This document shows positions 1-13,105 of a stretch of 64,000 bases of DNA, piece by piece. Under the pieces are notes generated by a model. The model worked only from the letters and a program-made list of their open reading frames with translations. It made no database searches and was not told the DNA's origin. Source of the DNA: Camelus dromedarius (taxonomy: Eukaryota); the NCBI RefSeq assembly GCF_036321535.1, contig NC_087436.1:96970001-97034000 (forward strand). The letters are read 5' to 3'. The translations under genes were made by a program, and so were the position numbers. Every line of letters starts with the position of its first letter. Positions within the stretch are counted from its first letter, which is position 1.

Positions 1-3000
1 TTGGACAGTATTACATTCTTAGAATAAAAGTATAGAAGACTATTCAATTGAAAAAGCATATGGTTAGATTAGGACAGATATGTTTAGGAAACTTTCTCAC
101 TCATTTCTAATAAATTAAATAAAAATAATTAAATCACAGAATTTTAGAGTCTAGGTTTAGTAGATTAATTTCATTTTCTAAACTTGATACAATCACTTTT
201 CTTAACTTGTATAATTCACTCAAAACTCTGAAGAAGACATGTCAGAACCTCAATTTAAATAAAAATTATCCTATTTTTTTTCTGTTCTACTCCATTCGGA
301 AGAAAAAAGGGGTGGGGTATAACTAACTCTCAGAAAAATTTATATTTAACAAATATAGGTATATATATAAATATAAATATATTTATATAAATATGTTAAC
401 ATATATAAGTATAAATATTAAAAAAATCAGACAGACTAGATTACAAAACTGTAGAAATCACAGTAGATGTTTCTGCAAGTAACTGTGTATCAATTTCCAG
501 TAAGAAAGAATTTCATATCACATACGGTGAAAAAAAAACCCTGCAAAATATTAATAGAAAGATAAGATGATGAAGTTTTTTATATCAATAAGGTAGGTGA
601 TAAATTTTTTTCCTTCACATTATGACTAGAAATGAGTATATAAACACATTTAATGAAAAGCTACTATTTAATGACACATTTCTTTTTAAGAAACAGCCCA
701 TTATTTTGCCAGAGTCTAAGGATAGTCTTCCTTTATCAAAGTCAGAATTCAAGGTTAGAGAATTCTTTGCATTTGTCAAGAAAGCACTCAAATTGTGCAC
801 ATTTTCCTCAAAAGCTGTCTACTGACTACAAGCATTTTAGGTCATGGGGGAAATTCAAGCTCTTACGTGAATGCCAGCTCTCAGTTACCTTTCTAAATTT
901 TCTCAACAATTGAAGAGCAAATGGAAAAGGGAAAAACTGAACACATGCCAAGTTTGCTTCTTTGTACAGACTTTTAGAATCATAGGAAGAAAAATGGAGG
1001 AGAAAGAGGCTGTGTTTTCAAAAGATATCATTTCTGCCAATGATTTCGAAGAAAAGATGCTCATTGTTTGTTTTTCTCAAAAAGAAGACATTAAAAAATA
1101 CTAAGGATTAACGCAAACATCCACAATCATTCTGCTCTTAAGAGCATATGAGGCTTGGACAGGGGCAGAGAACTAAAAGTTTCTGAGTTTAAAAGTGCCC
1201 CCATGTGGAAAGAAGCAATCATTACTACCTCTTACAGTTTTGTTCCATTTATTTCCACACCTGGTACCTTGAGATTCATCAAGATTTCTGATGAAAGCTG
1301 CCCAATTTATTATGTCAACAAAATAATTATGATTTATCAGCCTCTTATTTTATTTGATGACGACATTGGTAGATGCAAGCAGAAAATACGGACAGCATCA
1401 TTTTGTTTATCATATATCCCTAATGCTTAGCTAAGCTCTTGGCACAAAATAGAAGATAAATAAATATTTTTTGAACTAACAGAGCTCTGATTGTGCAGTC
1501 ATATAAGCTAAAAATCTAAAGGCAACATTCATGCTTCTTGTCTTCACAGCCCACATCCAATAATCCGGTTCCATTGATTGTACTTCTGAAACTTGCAAAC
1601 GTCCCTTGAATCCAGACCTATTCCATTTTGCTGCCCAGGTTGAGGTGCACATAAACTCTTCTCTGGTCGTAGGCAGTGCCTCCTAACTGGTCCAGTCTGA
1701 CCCAGCATTCGCTGCTAGCAGAGGTATCCTAAAACAAAGCTGATGAGCTGTCTTCTTGGCCCTTACAAAATAGTGTGGAGAGATGGGATGTCTAATACGG
1801 CAAAGTGAGGAAGCTGGCATAGCCTTTCTACAGAAAATGACTTTAAAAGTAGACAGAATGTTTAAAAACAGACATTTCAGAGCCCTAGAAATAGATGAAA
1901 GGTAATGAGCCTAAATAATACCTTTTCAGTAGCCATCAGTACTTAATGTTCTTCGGTATTCCTTTTGGTGACATTATTTGAAATAGTTAAAAGAATAATA
2001 TATGACTAAATTAAAATTGCAGTTTCCTGGTACATTTTTCAAAAGCTTGCCAATCTTAATATATTTACTTATGTCTTCATTAGAAAGTATTTTGATTTTT
2101 TTTAAAAAAGATATTCTTAAAGAAAATTCAAAACCCAGATTAGCATGAATGCATTAAAGATTAATTAAGTTCTTAGTTGGTAGTTTAATATTATTTCTAA
2201 TAATAAAAATTGTACGTATATTTTTTAGAAAATTAGTACTTCTATGTCCCTTTTCATAGTCCATTGTCATTGAAGTAAACAGAAATAACAACAATTTTGA
2301 GCTAGAATTCTCTCAGTACTAATTAAATTTATTCAGATTTTATTCATGAAGGAAAGGAGGCCTAGTTATTTAACGAGGAGAATTCAGAGTACATCTCTGC
2401 GAGAGAGTGTTTTAAAACTTATCATTTTATCAAAATTATGAATAGTTGGTTAGTTTTAAATATATGTGGTGAGAATTGAGAAGCAGGTAAAGATTTTTTT
2501 CATTACAATAGTATGAAAAACCAAATTCTTATCTTTTACTTATCTCTTTTCTACTCCCTCTTCCTAGTTAATTTATAATTATTATATAGAGGTTGAAACA
2601 AAATGATATTCAGCACATTGGGTCCCAGGTCTGTGCTGATATTGATGATGTTTAGCAAAAATGAGTGTCAAGAATTCTCATGTTGATTTGCCAGCACTGC
2701 ATTACAGACAGGCACGCTGTGCTGTAGCTGGGAGTTTCTCCTCCCTTCCCTTCCCTGCAGCTTCAGTAGATACTCAGAAAAGCTTGACTTTGAATGCGCA
2801 TTCTACCTGTTGAATTTAGGAATAATTCCATCCAGTAAACTGAGTTGTTTTGTGTTCTATTATAAAAAAAAAAAAAAAATTCTAAGAACTTTTTGCTCTA
2901 AACAAAAGCTTAATATGTGTTTTAAATGTTCATTCCATGAAGTATTAATTATAGCCATCAATACAGAACTCTGATTTCTTGTCCTATAAATGTATCTCCC

Positions 3001-3169
3001 AAAATGTTGGTAAGAACAAGAACTATACACGTTGAAGTATTAATAGAATTGGTGATTGTTGTAACTCTGATCAAAGATATGACTTCATTGAAAAATAAGT
3101 CTTATAATTCCATGGCAGACTTTGTTGTGCAGTGGCCCCATAGTGTAGGCCCCAGTCCTCACCCTGATA

Positions 3170-3770
3170 CCCAAATCATCTTTTCTTGCTTCACTAACAT
3201 GACCTTGGATAAGCACCAATATGATGGTGTCACTGCTCTGCTTAAACTGCATCAAGGGTTCTCTTGTGACTATAGAGGATCATCAGACCTCTTTTCCTTC
3301 AGGGTCTCCCTCATGTGTTCCTCTCTAACCAGATTCTCCTGCTGCTCCTTCTTCTCAATTATTATGTCAGCAACAGTTGACTCTTTCTAGTTACCCAACC
3401 AGACCATGATGCTTCATGCCTCTTTGCATAAACTCAGGCACTTTGCTCTCCCAAGAATCCCCTCTCCAGCTCTCAGTGGATCCTCTTCACCTTCCTTCTG
3501 CCATACCTAGCAGATTATTATTAATTTATTAGGCCCCAGATTCCCCAAAAAACTTTTCATAACTTCCCATCCCAAGGGAAAGTTCCTCACACCAGTACTG
3601 TGCTTCTTCTGTTTTGGGTCCATGGTTCTGTTGTTGCTCTTACACCATGAATGCAATTTGCTCATTTTTCTATCTTATCAGGCAGGCTGTGATCTCCTTG
3701 AGATCAGATCACCAATATTTTACAAACATGCTGATACACAGTGGATTCTAAATAAATGTTTGCTGAAAGA
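3170..3770 (+). mobile_element. L2 LINE 3' fragment
   Basis: Pyrimidine-rich L2 3' region (gtcactgctctgcttaaa, ctgtgatctccttgag) ending in the tail ...taaataaatgtttgctgaa. Confidence 0.6.
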
Positions 3771-4799
3771 GTAAAAGAAAAACTGTAACCACAGAGGGAC
3801 TTGGGAATAAGGATCTAAGCAGAAATAAGGATCTAAGCAGGTTTGTGGAAACTGAGTCTATGAACAGAGAGCCTACCAATGAGGATGACAGAATGTTAAG
3901 AGAGGCAGACATCTCTGAGTACCAAGAACTTGGAAGGCCTTGTACTATTTATTTAATATAGATGACTTCATTTTTGTCTTTCCCAGACTTCAGTCATTGG
4001 CATATTCTTTGCCATATTTACTGAACTTTTATACATACTATTTGCTTGATATTTGTATTTAGATGGACTCACATTGTACTCACTAAATTTATTTTAATGG
4101 GGACTTTGTATCATTACTATAAATTTGAAATTTATGTTTCAAATACACACATTACACTTAATAATAAATGTAATGAGAGTTGGGCTTAGCTAATGTCACA
4201 GTGGGAATTAGGATAAACCCTCCTACTGAGAACAACAGGAAAAACTAAACAAGATATTTTTTAAAGTTTGTTCCAATGCACTGAAGATCTGCCAAGACTC
4301 TGAATTTAAAAATCAATGTGAAAGGCTATACTTAGAAAGCAAAAATGAACTAGGAATATGCTAGTCCTCACAAAGAGTAAAGTCCAGTTCTCAATCTCAA
4401 ACTTTGATTAGGTTAGGCTGGGGTCTCCAACCTGGCCACATATCAGAAAAAAAGAAATCCTTTCTGAAATGAGATTATGTCGTGAAAATCCCAACAGTTA
4501 TCTCAACTTTGTTTTATATTCAAGAGACAGGTCATGGATTGACAATCAAAAGAAAAAACAATAGCAAAAGAGCCATAGTTATGAAGCGTAGACTTTAAAA
4601 TAACTATACCTATTTTTTTGAATATTTAAAATTATGTTTAAACGACTATGAAACACAGTTGAAATTTTGGCTGAGAACCAGAAAATAGACATAAGAAAAA
4701 ACCATACTGAGAGAAGGTGACAAAAAGGATAGAAAAGAGATATTTTAAATGTAAACATTATCAGATAAATGAAGTTCCCTTGTGTTACTAATTTTCTAT

Positions 4800-5530
4800 T
4801 TTCTTTGTTATTAATAGATATTGCCTGTAATCAAACGTTTATTTTTCATCTATTGAGATTCTTCTATAATTTTTCTCCTTAATAGTACTGGAATTTTTGT
4901 ATTTTCTATTTCTTTTGTCAGTTTTGATACATTGTTTTTTTCTAGGAATTTGTCCATTGTTATTTAAATTTTCAAATTTATTGGCATTTTAAGGTCTATA
5001 GGATATCCTTTTTGTAAACTCTGATTCTGGTTATTTGTACCTTCTCTCATTTTTTCTTTTCTTCCATCTATTATTTTTTCTTTACAATTTCCTTGGATTT
5101 TTCTGCTGTTATTTCCCCTAATTTCTTATACAAATTTTTTCTTTTAGCACTTTCTAGATAATGCAATAACATTTGACTATTTCAACTACTTTTAAGCTTC
5201 TTCCAACTAGTATTAAATAGATGTTGGGTATTTTAATTTTCTATATACTCTAAATGTCAAAAGACATTTTTTTCTCTTGTTTTGTACAATTGGTATTTAT
5301 TTGGATTTCTGTACATGTTTGCCCTTTCCATTGCCCACCATTGCTTCCTGCATCTCGGACCTTCAGTCCAGGATCATTTTCCTTCTCAGGTTCTCCATTA
5401 GTCAGACGGGTCTCCTGATGGTGAATATTCAGAGTTTCTGTTTTTCTAAAGATTGTTATCTCACTTCTTTTTTGAAGTGAAATCATTTGTGCTGAGTCCA
5501 TAATTCTATTTGCTCATTATTTTTATGGGC
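4800..5530 (-). mobile_element. Ancient L1M/L1ME fragment(s)
   Basis: T-rich antisense L1 motifs (tttttctaggaatttgtccatt, tcctgatggtgaatattcagagtttctgtttttct). Confidence 0.55.
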
Positions 5531-5559
5531 CCTTTGAGGACTGGGGGAAAAGGGAGAAA

Positions 5560-6170
5560 AGAAGACAAGCAAGGTCCTGTGCCATGACTGGGGCAGGAGC
5601 AAGCGTGGCGACCCCCAAAACAGCAAGCAGGCTTGAACAACCAGAGGGGGTAAGCTCAGCCCAGAATAGCAGGAAATGAGGCCACAGAGAGATTTGGGAC
5701 TAAATCCTATAAATTTTTAAAGAGTTCTTACTTTTAAGGTTTTTAACTCTAAATGGAACAGAAAGTCACTAGATCATTTTAAGCAACAGGTTTGCATGAA
5801 TTAATTAATTTTAAACCAGATTATCTCTATTCTATCTTCTGTACTTAGAATAGATGGGGAAGTGGTTTGCAAACTGAGATCCCATTTAGGGAGCCAATGT
5901 AATAACTTCAACATAATATAATGAAGACTTGGACTAAGATGATAGCAATGAAAATGGAGGAAAATAGTTGGATAAATAATATTTTTAAGGTAAATCCAAG
6001 AGGTTTCACTGATGGATTGAAATGTTTGGTATGAGGAAAAGAGAAAAGTCAAAAATAACTCTAAGTTTTTGACCTAAGCAATACAAGAAGGAGATTTTTC
6101 TGTGACTACTTGGATGGTAAAGGAACAAGTATTAGAGGGAAAAAGATCACAAATTCATTTTGGTTATAGT
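5560..6170 (-). mobile_element. L2 LINE fragment
   Basis: Purine-rich antisense L2 motifs (gtcactagatcattttaagca, gtcaaaaataactctaagtttttgacctaagcaa). Confidence 0.6.
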
Positions 6171-6371
6171 GAATATGGAACAAGACCTTGCTTTCAGACT
6201 GAACAGGTGCTAAAATGTTTTTTGGTTCATCCTAGGACCAAAAGGTTAAGACTGGAAACACACTAATTAATATTTACCCAATTGATACTGAAAAAAATGC
6301 TAATATCATAATTTCTACTTTGGAGCTTTTAGAATTAATCCAATCATTCCAGAATTAAGAAGACTCCTCTG

Positions 6372-6610
6372 GGGAGGGAAGAATAAGTGGTGCACAAAGG
6401 ATTTTCAGGGCAGTGAAAATACTCTATATTATACAGTAATGATGGATACATGTTCTATTACCTTTGTACAAATCCATAGAATGTACAACACCAAGAGTGA
6501 ACCCTAATGTAAACTTTGGGTGATTATGATGTGACAATGTAGTTTCATCAATTGTAGTAAATGTACCACTCTGGTGGGGGATGTTGGTAACGGGGAGACT
6601 ACACATGTGT
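6372..6610 (+). mobile_element. L1MC-type 3' UTR fragment
   Basis: Diagnostic motifs ggattttcagggcagtgaaaatactct...ccatagaatgtacaacaccaagagtgaaccctaatgtaaac...aaatgtaccactctggtgggggatgtt. Confidence 0.8.
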
Positions 6611-7895
6611 TAACCAGCTCTGCTCGTTTAAAGCACAGAAGGTTGATCATGGTACTTTCTTCCCTTGTCTGTATGTGTTTATCCATATCTAAATCTCAAC
6701 CACCTCCTGAAAAGACTACTGTTTTTTATTGCTCTTACACTATAATCCCAATTCCTGTGTCTAATTGGTTAAGTGGTAGTACTTCACTAAAGATAAGTTA
6801 GAATCTCAGTGGTCATGTTGAAGAAGTTTTAAATCTAACCAAGTTTTACAGCTCTGTAGAGTTCTAGAACAGAATGGGAACAAGGTTATATTTTACTTTA
6901 GTCTGCCTTTCCAGTTGCTTATAAAATCTGGCATGTGTGCACTCTGGAAATATATCTCGCAGATAAATCTAACATAAAAGGAGTGAAAAGTAATATATCA
7001 GCTTCTCAGATCTCTTTTTTTTTTTTAGATGCGCCTGTAGTAATTGGTTTATAGAGATTTTAAAGGCTTATATAAATTTAAGATATGAGAACTCCACAAT
7101 TTCTAAAGGAAAAAAATTTCTTTAACATTTTAAATATGCTCATTATATAAGGGGGGGGAAGTTATGCTATCATAATAATAATGGCTTTTTGATTTAAGTC
7201 AATTTAATGACTTTTTGAGGTTTCAAAATATGGGCTATGGGGATATTCATTCCTTCTAAGTGATTTAGCAAATTTCAATACGTGTATATCTCTAAAAAGG
7301 ATGACAAATAATATATATTTAATCAAGATGAATTATTGAAATCATACTTGTTTGAGAATATGCTTTCTTTCTGATTTTATCAGAATGTAAAAATAATAAA
7401 ATATAAAATAATATTAGAAAATATTTCAATTTATGCAAGATCTGGTTACTTTTTAAATAAAAAGCCTAAATAGAAATTTCTAAGCTTCTCATTCGGGCTT
7501 TACTGGTCAGATGAACTAACACTTATGTCATAAATATTTCCAATTATGAAAAGGAAAACATGTTTTTAACCAAAGTGATTTATAATAACCAAAGTTTTTA
7601 TAAAACAGATTGATTCTCACAACTTCAGATACTGTTATAAATTATGTGAATTTAGAGAGCTATTCAACTCAAATCGTTTACATCAATTTTGAAAAGTGAT
7701 TTGTTTTTATGGAACTTTGTAATATCAACAGTGACCATATTGTTTTTTAAAGAATGACTCTAATTTATTCTCTGTTTTAAAGTCATTGGTGAATAATTTT
7801 TTAGTAAAAAAAAAAAAATTCCTATGGAAATCAGTCTCCCTAAATCAGAGAGAACAAATATACAGGGTTGTCATATAGTATTTACTTATAATCTT

Positions 7896-7898
7896 GTG

Positions 7899-7940
<42 letters not shown>
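7896..7940. repeat. (TA)n(TG)n compound microsatellite
   Basis: Seen directly in the sequence. Confidence 0.95.
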
Positions 7941-7965
7941 CCTATATAGAATATTCCCACATATA

Positions 7966-8184
7966 GAGTTGACCCCTGAACAACATAAGTTTGAACTGAA
8001 CAGGTCCACTTAAACGTGAATTTTTTTCTCTATATATATGCTATAGTGCAACATGATCCATGGTTGGTGGAATCTGTGGTCACAGAACCTCAGATAGGGA
8101 AGGCCAACTGCAAAGTTATGTGTGGATGTTTGACTGGGTGGGGAGTTTGCGCCCCTAACCCCTGAGTTGTTCAAGGATCAACTG
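7966..8184. mobile_element. Tigger2-derived MITE (Tigger2a-like, TcMar), complete, about 219 bp
   Basis: TIRs GAGTTGACCCCTGAACAAC ... GTTGTTCAAGGATCAACTG, flanked by TA on both sides (7964-65 and 8185-86). Confidence 0.85.
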
Positions 8185-9254
8185 TATAAGTACCTATATA
8201 TATTGTGCATTTATATCTTATAACAATTAAATCAAAATGCTAAAATTATTTTAATAAATACATTGTCATATATAAATAAGTTTAATTATATTTTAAGGCC
8301 CCCCAAAAAGAGAAACTTTAAATACTACTGTCATCTAACATTGTGCAATATGACTGTTCTGTGTTTAAATATATCATGCCATATCAAAAAGCAAAAGAAA
8401 AAAGCCTTAAGTGTAATAAAAAGGAGATAACTGAAAGGACATGAAAACTGTGGTCTTAGAGTATTCAGTTAGCTTTTCATATGAAGGGAAAAAAAGAGTT
8501 ATTGTTTGGCATCTATATATTTTACTCAGAAAATCGAAGCTTATTTTTCCTTATTTATGTAAACTTTTAATTCTCCCGAGTCTAATTTTGTGCTTTCATG
8601 CTGTCTTTTACCATGTTCCTAGTTTGTTTTAAATATAATAATAAGAATGTTTCACTCCAAGAACTAGAATTTTCAATGTATGTTACATTTAAACTTTGCA
8701 TATTTATTTTAAATATTGTTATTGTGACTAATGGAGACACCATCACAGATTTTTTGTGTTTTTGAGCAATATGTTCTGACGATGCTTTTTAATAATATCT
8801 TTCCTAATTCTCACCCCATATTCAAAACAATGAAATTGTTGTGATGTTTTTTAAACCTAAACTACTACTAGTATTTCTCAGGTGGCCACTGGGCAACCAT
8901 AAATATTAGTTCATAAAAGGAGGGAAAAAGGAGTTTATAAGTGAAATACTCTTTGGATTTTATTTATTATAGTTTTGTTAAGTCAAAACAATTTGAAATC
9001 TCTTTTGGTTACTAAATAAAGGTTTTTAAAAAATATTTAACAAATCAAGAGAGAGATCAGCCTTCTTGAGTTAATGATACATAAGTAATGTGTTATTGAG
9101 ATATTACTTTTCAGAGTCAAAAGAGGCATACTTATGCTTACATAAAAGACTGATACTATGTCTATAATTTGATAACAGAAATGAATTTGTTCCTATATTG
9201 AATTGATATAATTATAGCATAATTTATACTAGGAGAGAAAAGAGCACGAGGACT

Positions 9255-10747
9255 TAGAACACTGGGGAATGGGACCAAATCCAAGACTCGCTGTTGGTTT
9301 CTATGAGTCAGACTATTCTGGTTACTGCTCTGGGTCCATCCATGGTCCTTCGTGGTGACCACACTCACTTTGTCTTTGGTGATTAAGTGCCACCACTTGG
9401 CCCCTGCCACCCCAGGATTACATTTATCTACATCACATTTACAGATCCCAGTTTGATGGTTCCCACTGCCATTTCTGACCTACAGAGAAAAACTACCACA
9501 GTTCTGTTCAAGAGTTCTGCTGGGACACTGAGGCTTTCTCACAAATTTATTTCGTTCACTTGTGGGGGAAGGTGCGGCTTCCTAGGGTGAGTAAACAGAT
9601 CTTACATGACAGAAACACTTTAACTTTCCAATCTCCTTAAGCCTTTGGACACCTCCCTTTGAAAGTATACCAAGACAGTCTTGGCATTTCAATTTCCTTA
9701 AATGTAGCGTATGTTTGAGTCCATGTTTCAGTTAACTAACCAAACAACTGGAGCATTTTTCAACCCCTCAAGCTAAAACTTTGAATCCAGATTGTCTCAT
9801 AATTGGGCTCATGTCAATAAAGTTAGTCTGCTGCAATTGTATATTTTCTCATTACTATACCAAACCTTTAAATTCCATTCTCACCACATTCCCAAGATTT
9901 CTGTTTATATGAACTGAAAAAAAAAAAATACAGCTCTTTTGATGTATAGTGAACCTCTTCTTAGATTACAGTCTCTACCTCAGCCTTTGGAGCCTGCTGT
10001 GAATTGAGTCTAATGACAGGTTTAGCACCAAAGAAGGGTGGTAGGGGATTTGCCCTGAGGAGAATCAGTAGTGCCTTGTCAGGAACTGCTTCTGGGAGGT
10101 CATTATGGTCTCTTTAGGCAAAGACGAAAGGGCTGATTTTCCTGGTGAAGAAGACTTGGCAGAATTTAGGGATTCAATATCCCCAGCTTTATTGGGAGCT
10201 ACCAGTTTTTAGAATTTCATTCCCTCCTAGTCAGTGCCCTCAGTTTAACAGAAGACTCCCTGGGAGGTTGGAAATTCAGTTTGCATTATAATTCAGTGAG
10301 ATACAGGATGAGACTCTGGGTTTGGCTTTCAGAATTCTTAGCCCTGCAACTACAATAGACAAAAGTTTCTTTTAGGAAAGATATAGATGCTTTAAAATTA
10401 TTTTTGCAGAGTTTGTACTAAGAATTTGAAGCCCTGAGCTCATCTTTTTTTGCCTCCATATTTTACAGCTCAGTTAGGGGCAACCAATCAATCTCATTAT
10501 ACTATTTAGTTTGACTAAAATATCCCAAAGTAACAAATCTGTGGTCATCCAGAACCTTGCCTTCTATAGATACTTGATTAGGAGTATCCAATGCAATGGT
10601 TTTCATATCACCAAGTCATGGATTATTCGTACTCCCTTTACTACTGGAAATAGAGTCATTATTGCCTTGAATCTACCAATTACAGAAAACCCAGAACTAA
10701 TTCAGAAAACTCATTCTTCAGATTCTGTTCCTCTGACTTCACTCATT
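9255..10747 (-). mobile_element. ERVL internal sequence (leader plus degraded gag), 3'-truncated
   Basis: The minus strand next to the LTR resembles the ERVL leader (agaggaacagaat...ttggatactcctaat...ttggttgcccctaa...gagctcaggg). Near 9350-9410 it translates GGRGQVVALNHQRQ, similar to ERVL gag GGRGQVAALNHQRQ. No long ORF remains. Confidence 0.8.
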
Positions 10748-11156
10748 TGTATTAGTCAGGATTCAACAAAAGAAGTAGAACCAGTAGGAGAAATATAATA
10801 ATACGCTTGTTGTAAGGAATTGGTTTATGTGATTGTCAGGACTGACAAGGCAGGTACAAAATCTGTTGGACAGGATGTCAGAAAGAGCAACCTGGAACTC
10901 CCAGGCAGATGCTGAATTTGCAGTCTGCAGGTAGAATTTCATCTTCAGGGAAACCTCAGCTCTGCTTTTAAGACCTTTCAACAGATTGAATCAAACCTAC
11001 TCATATTATCTAGAATACTCTCCTTCACTTAAAGTCAACTGATTATGGACTTTAATCACATCCACAAAATACCTTCAAAGCAACACCTAGATTAGTGTTT
11101 GAGTGATAACTCAAGACTGTAGCCTAGCCAAGTGGATACAACAAAAGACCATTATA
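10748..11156 (-). mobile_element. MLT2 (MLT2C-like) LTR, 5' LTR of the adjacent ERVL remnant
   Basis: tgtattagtcagg...cttaaagtcaactgattatggactttaatcacatc...cacctagattagtgtttga...gcctagccaagt...accattata. Confidence 0.85.
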
Positions 11157-12295
11157 TGCTTTTTTTTTAATATGAAGCATGTATTACTTTTGTAATTAAA
11201 AATAATAAAATATATGACTGAAAGCTTCTCTATTTAAACAATAGCAGATATGTTTAGACTAAAGTTTGTTTTCTTCTTTGTACTTTGCTTAAGCAGTAAC
11301 ATAATTGGATCCCATTATCTTTTCTCATTGACTTTCTTTCATTTGGCCCATTCTGCCTGTGTTTGAACTTTCAAAGACTGGTGATGTAGCACACATAACA
11401 GTTCTTGGATGTTGGTTCTAAATTAATTAATTTTTCTTTTTCTAAAATGTTAGGTTATAGCCTAAGAGAATTTTACTTTTGAGTCCCAGAAGCTCCATCA
11501 TCTTCTATTACATCAAAGTCACGAGTCATTCTTTATAATATTATGAATTCTAAGTTTAGGTGAACAAAAAGTGCACAATGCCTATTGGTTAATGAAACAA
11601 AAGACACATTAATTTAAAAAATAAAGGGGAGACACTTTGCCCTAGTTCCTGTAACAACACAGGGATAACCCAATTCTATACAGCGTGATCTTCAGTCTCC
11701 TCATTGGCATGTGCTTGTTTCCATGGTAGATTCAGTTATGTTAAAGGCATAATGTGAAGTCTTTTAAACACATTTTATATCATTTTCATTTTGCTCTGGA
11801 ATCTTGTTTGGTCTCTGTCATGTTCTAAATGGTTCAACAGAAAGACTCTAAACCACTATCCCCTTCATGTTGATTCATTTTTCCAGGAAATCTCAATGCT
11901 GTCTCTTTTCATTATAAAAGAAATGACTAACCAGTCAACCAGCAATTTTTGGTGTCCTTGACAACAAAACAGGGTGACTTCTTTTCAATAAAGACCCTGG
12001 AGAAAGTCATCTTTGTCCTGAAAACATATTTATCTCAATTAATATTTTTAAAGGAAAAAAATGCCAGTCTCCTAATTGAATCACAGTGGATAGAAACTTG
12101 TTATGTGAACCAAATCACATTATATTAAAAGAATGCATAATTTTAAAATAGAAGGAAGGTATTGCATAGGAATTAACACAGAGAACCCACTTATTTGTTA
12201 TCTTTGAATGATTAAATAGGTAATGGATTTTTATCCTTAAACCAACTTTTTAGTATATTCCTATACTTTTCCCTTTATCATCTTTGTCTAAAACT

Positions 12296-12406
12296 GAGAT
12301 AAGTTCTGAGGATTGAATTGCATACAGCATGGTGACTACAGTTAATAATAATGTAATATTATATATTTGAAAGTTGCTGAAAGTAGATCTTACGGATTCT
12401 CACCAC

Positions 12407-12437
<31 letters not shown>

Positions 12438-12597
12438 AAAGGAGTTAACTATGTGAGGTAATGGATGTGTTCATTATGTTGATCTTGGCAATCATTCCAT
12501 TTTATTCTGTTTTTTTGTGTATGTATATATAATCATCTAATTATAGACTTTAAATATACATACATCAAAAATTCATCAGTGAAGTCAGAAAAAAACT
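12296..12597 (+). mobile_element. L1MA-type 3' end
   Basis: acagcatggtgactacagttaataata...gaaagttgctgaaagtagatctt...ttctcaccacaaaaa...gttaactatgtgaggtaatgga. Confidence 0.8.
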
Positions 12598-12864
12598 GAA
12601 TGGAAAATTATCCTATATAGAAATGCTTCCTAAAAATTATTGGTTTAAAAGGAGTCTTTCATACAACTTGACCTCAAAGCAGTTGTGGAAGAATATTGTT
12701 TATATTCAGTTGGAATATTTGTCTTCTCAGTCTGAAAGACTTGGGTGGAGTTTCCTGAACAAGAATGGTCTGATGAGATCTGAGCTAGTGTCTGTAAGGA
12801 GATGTTATTTTTTAAACAGAATATTCCCAGGCTGGATGGATTGACCTAGGATATTTATATAATT

Positions 12865-13050
12865 CTTTACAGTTTACAAAGCATTTCCTTAAATTATCTA
12901 ATTTAATCATTAATCCTCCCAGTAATCCAGTAAATTAGACACTATTGCCTGGGTTTTTAAAAAGAAGAATTTGAACCTGTGAAAAATTGAGCCCTTTTCC
13001 CAGCTTCACATAGTATTTAGCTACATTTCTGACTCCAAATCTCATAGATC
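12865..13050 (-). mobile_element. MIR-family SINE fragment
   Basis: acagtttacaaagcatttcc...cccagcttcacatagt...tctgactccaaatc. Confidence 0.55.
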
Positions 13051-13105
13051 TTTTTTTTATTAGAATGACCTTACCTCTCAGATGAAATCGTTTATGTAAT
13101 GCTTC

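Noticed and set aside
615..1430. Run of short ORFs at the window start
   Set aside because: No recognisable homology, no splice-consistent structure, and AT-rich composition consistent with chance ORFs.
3004..3390. 128-aa ORF
   Set aside because: It runs into L2-derived sequence and has no recognisable protein similarity.
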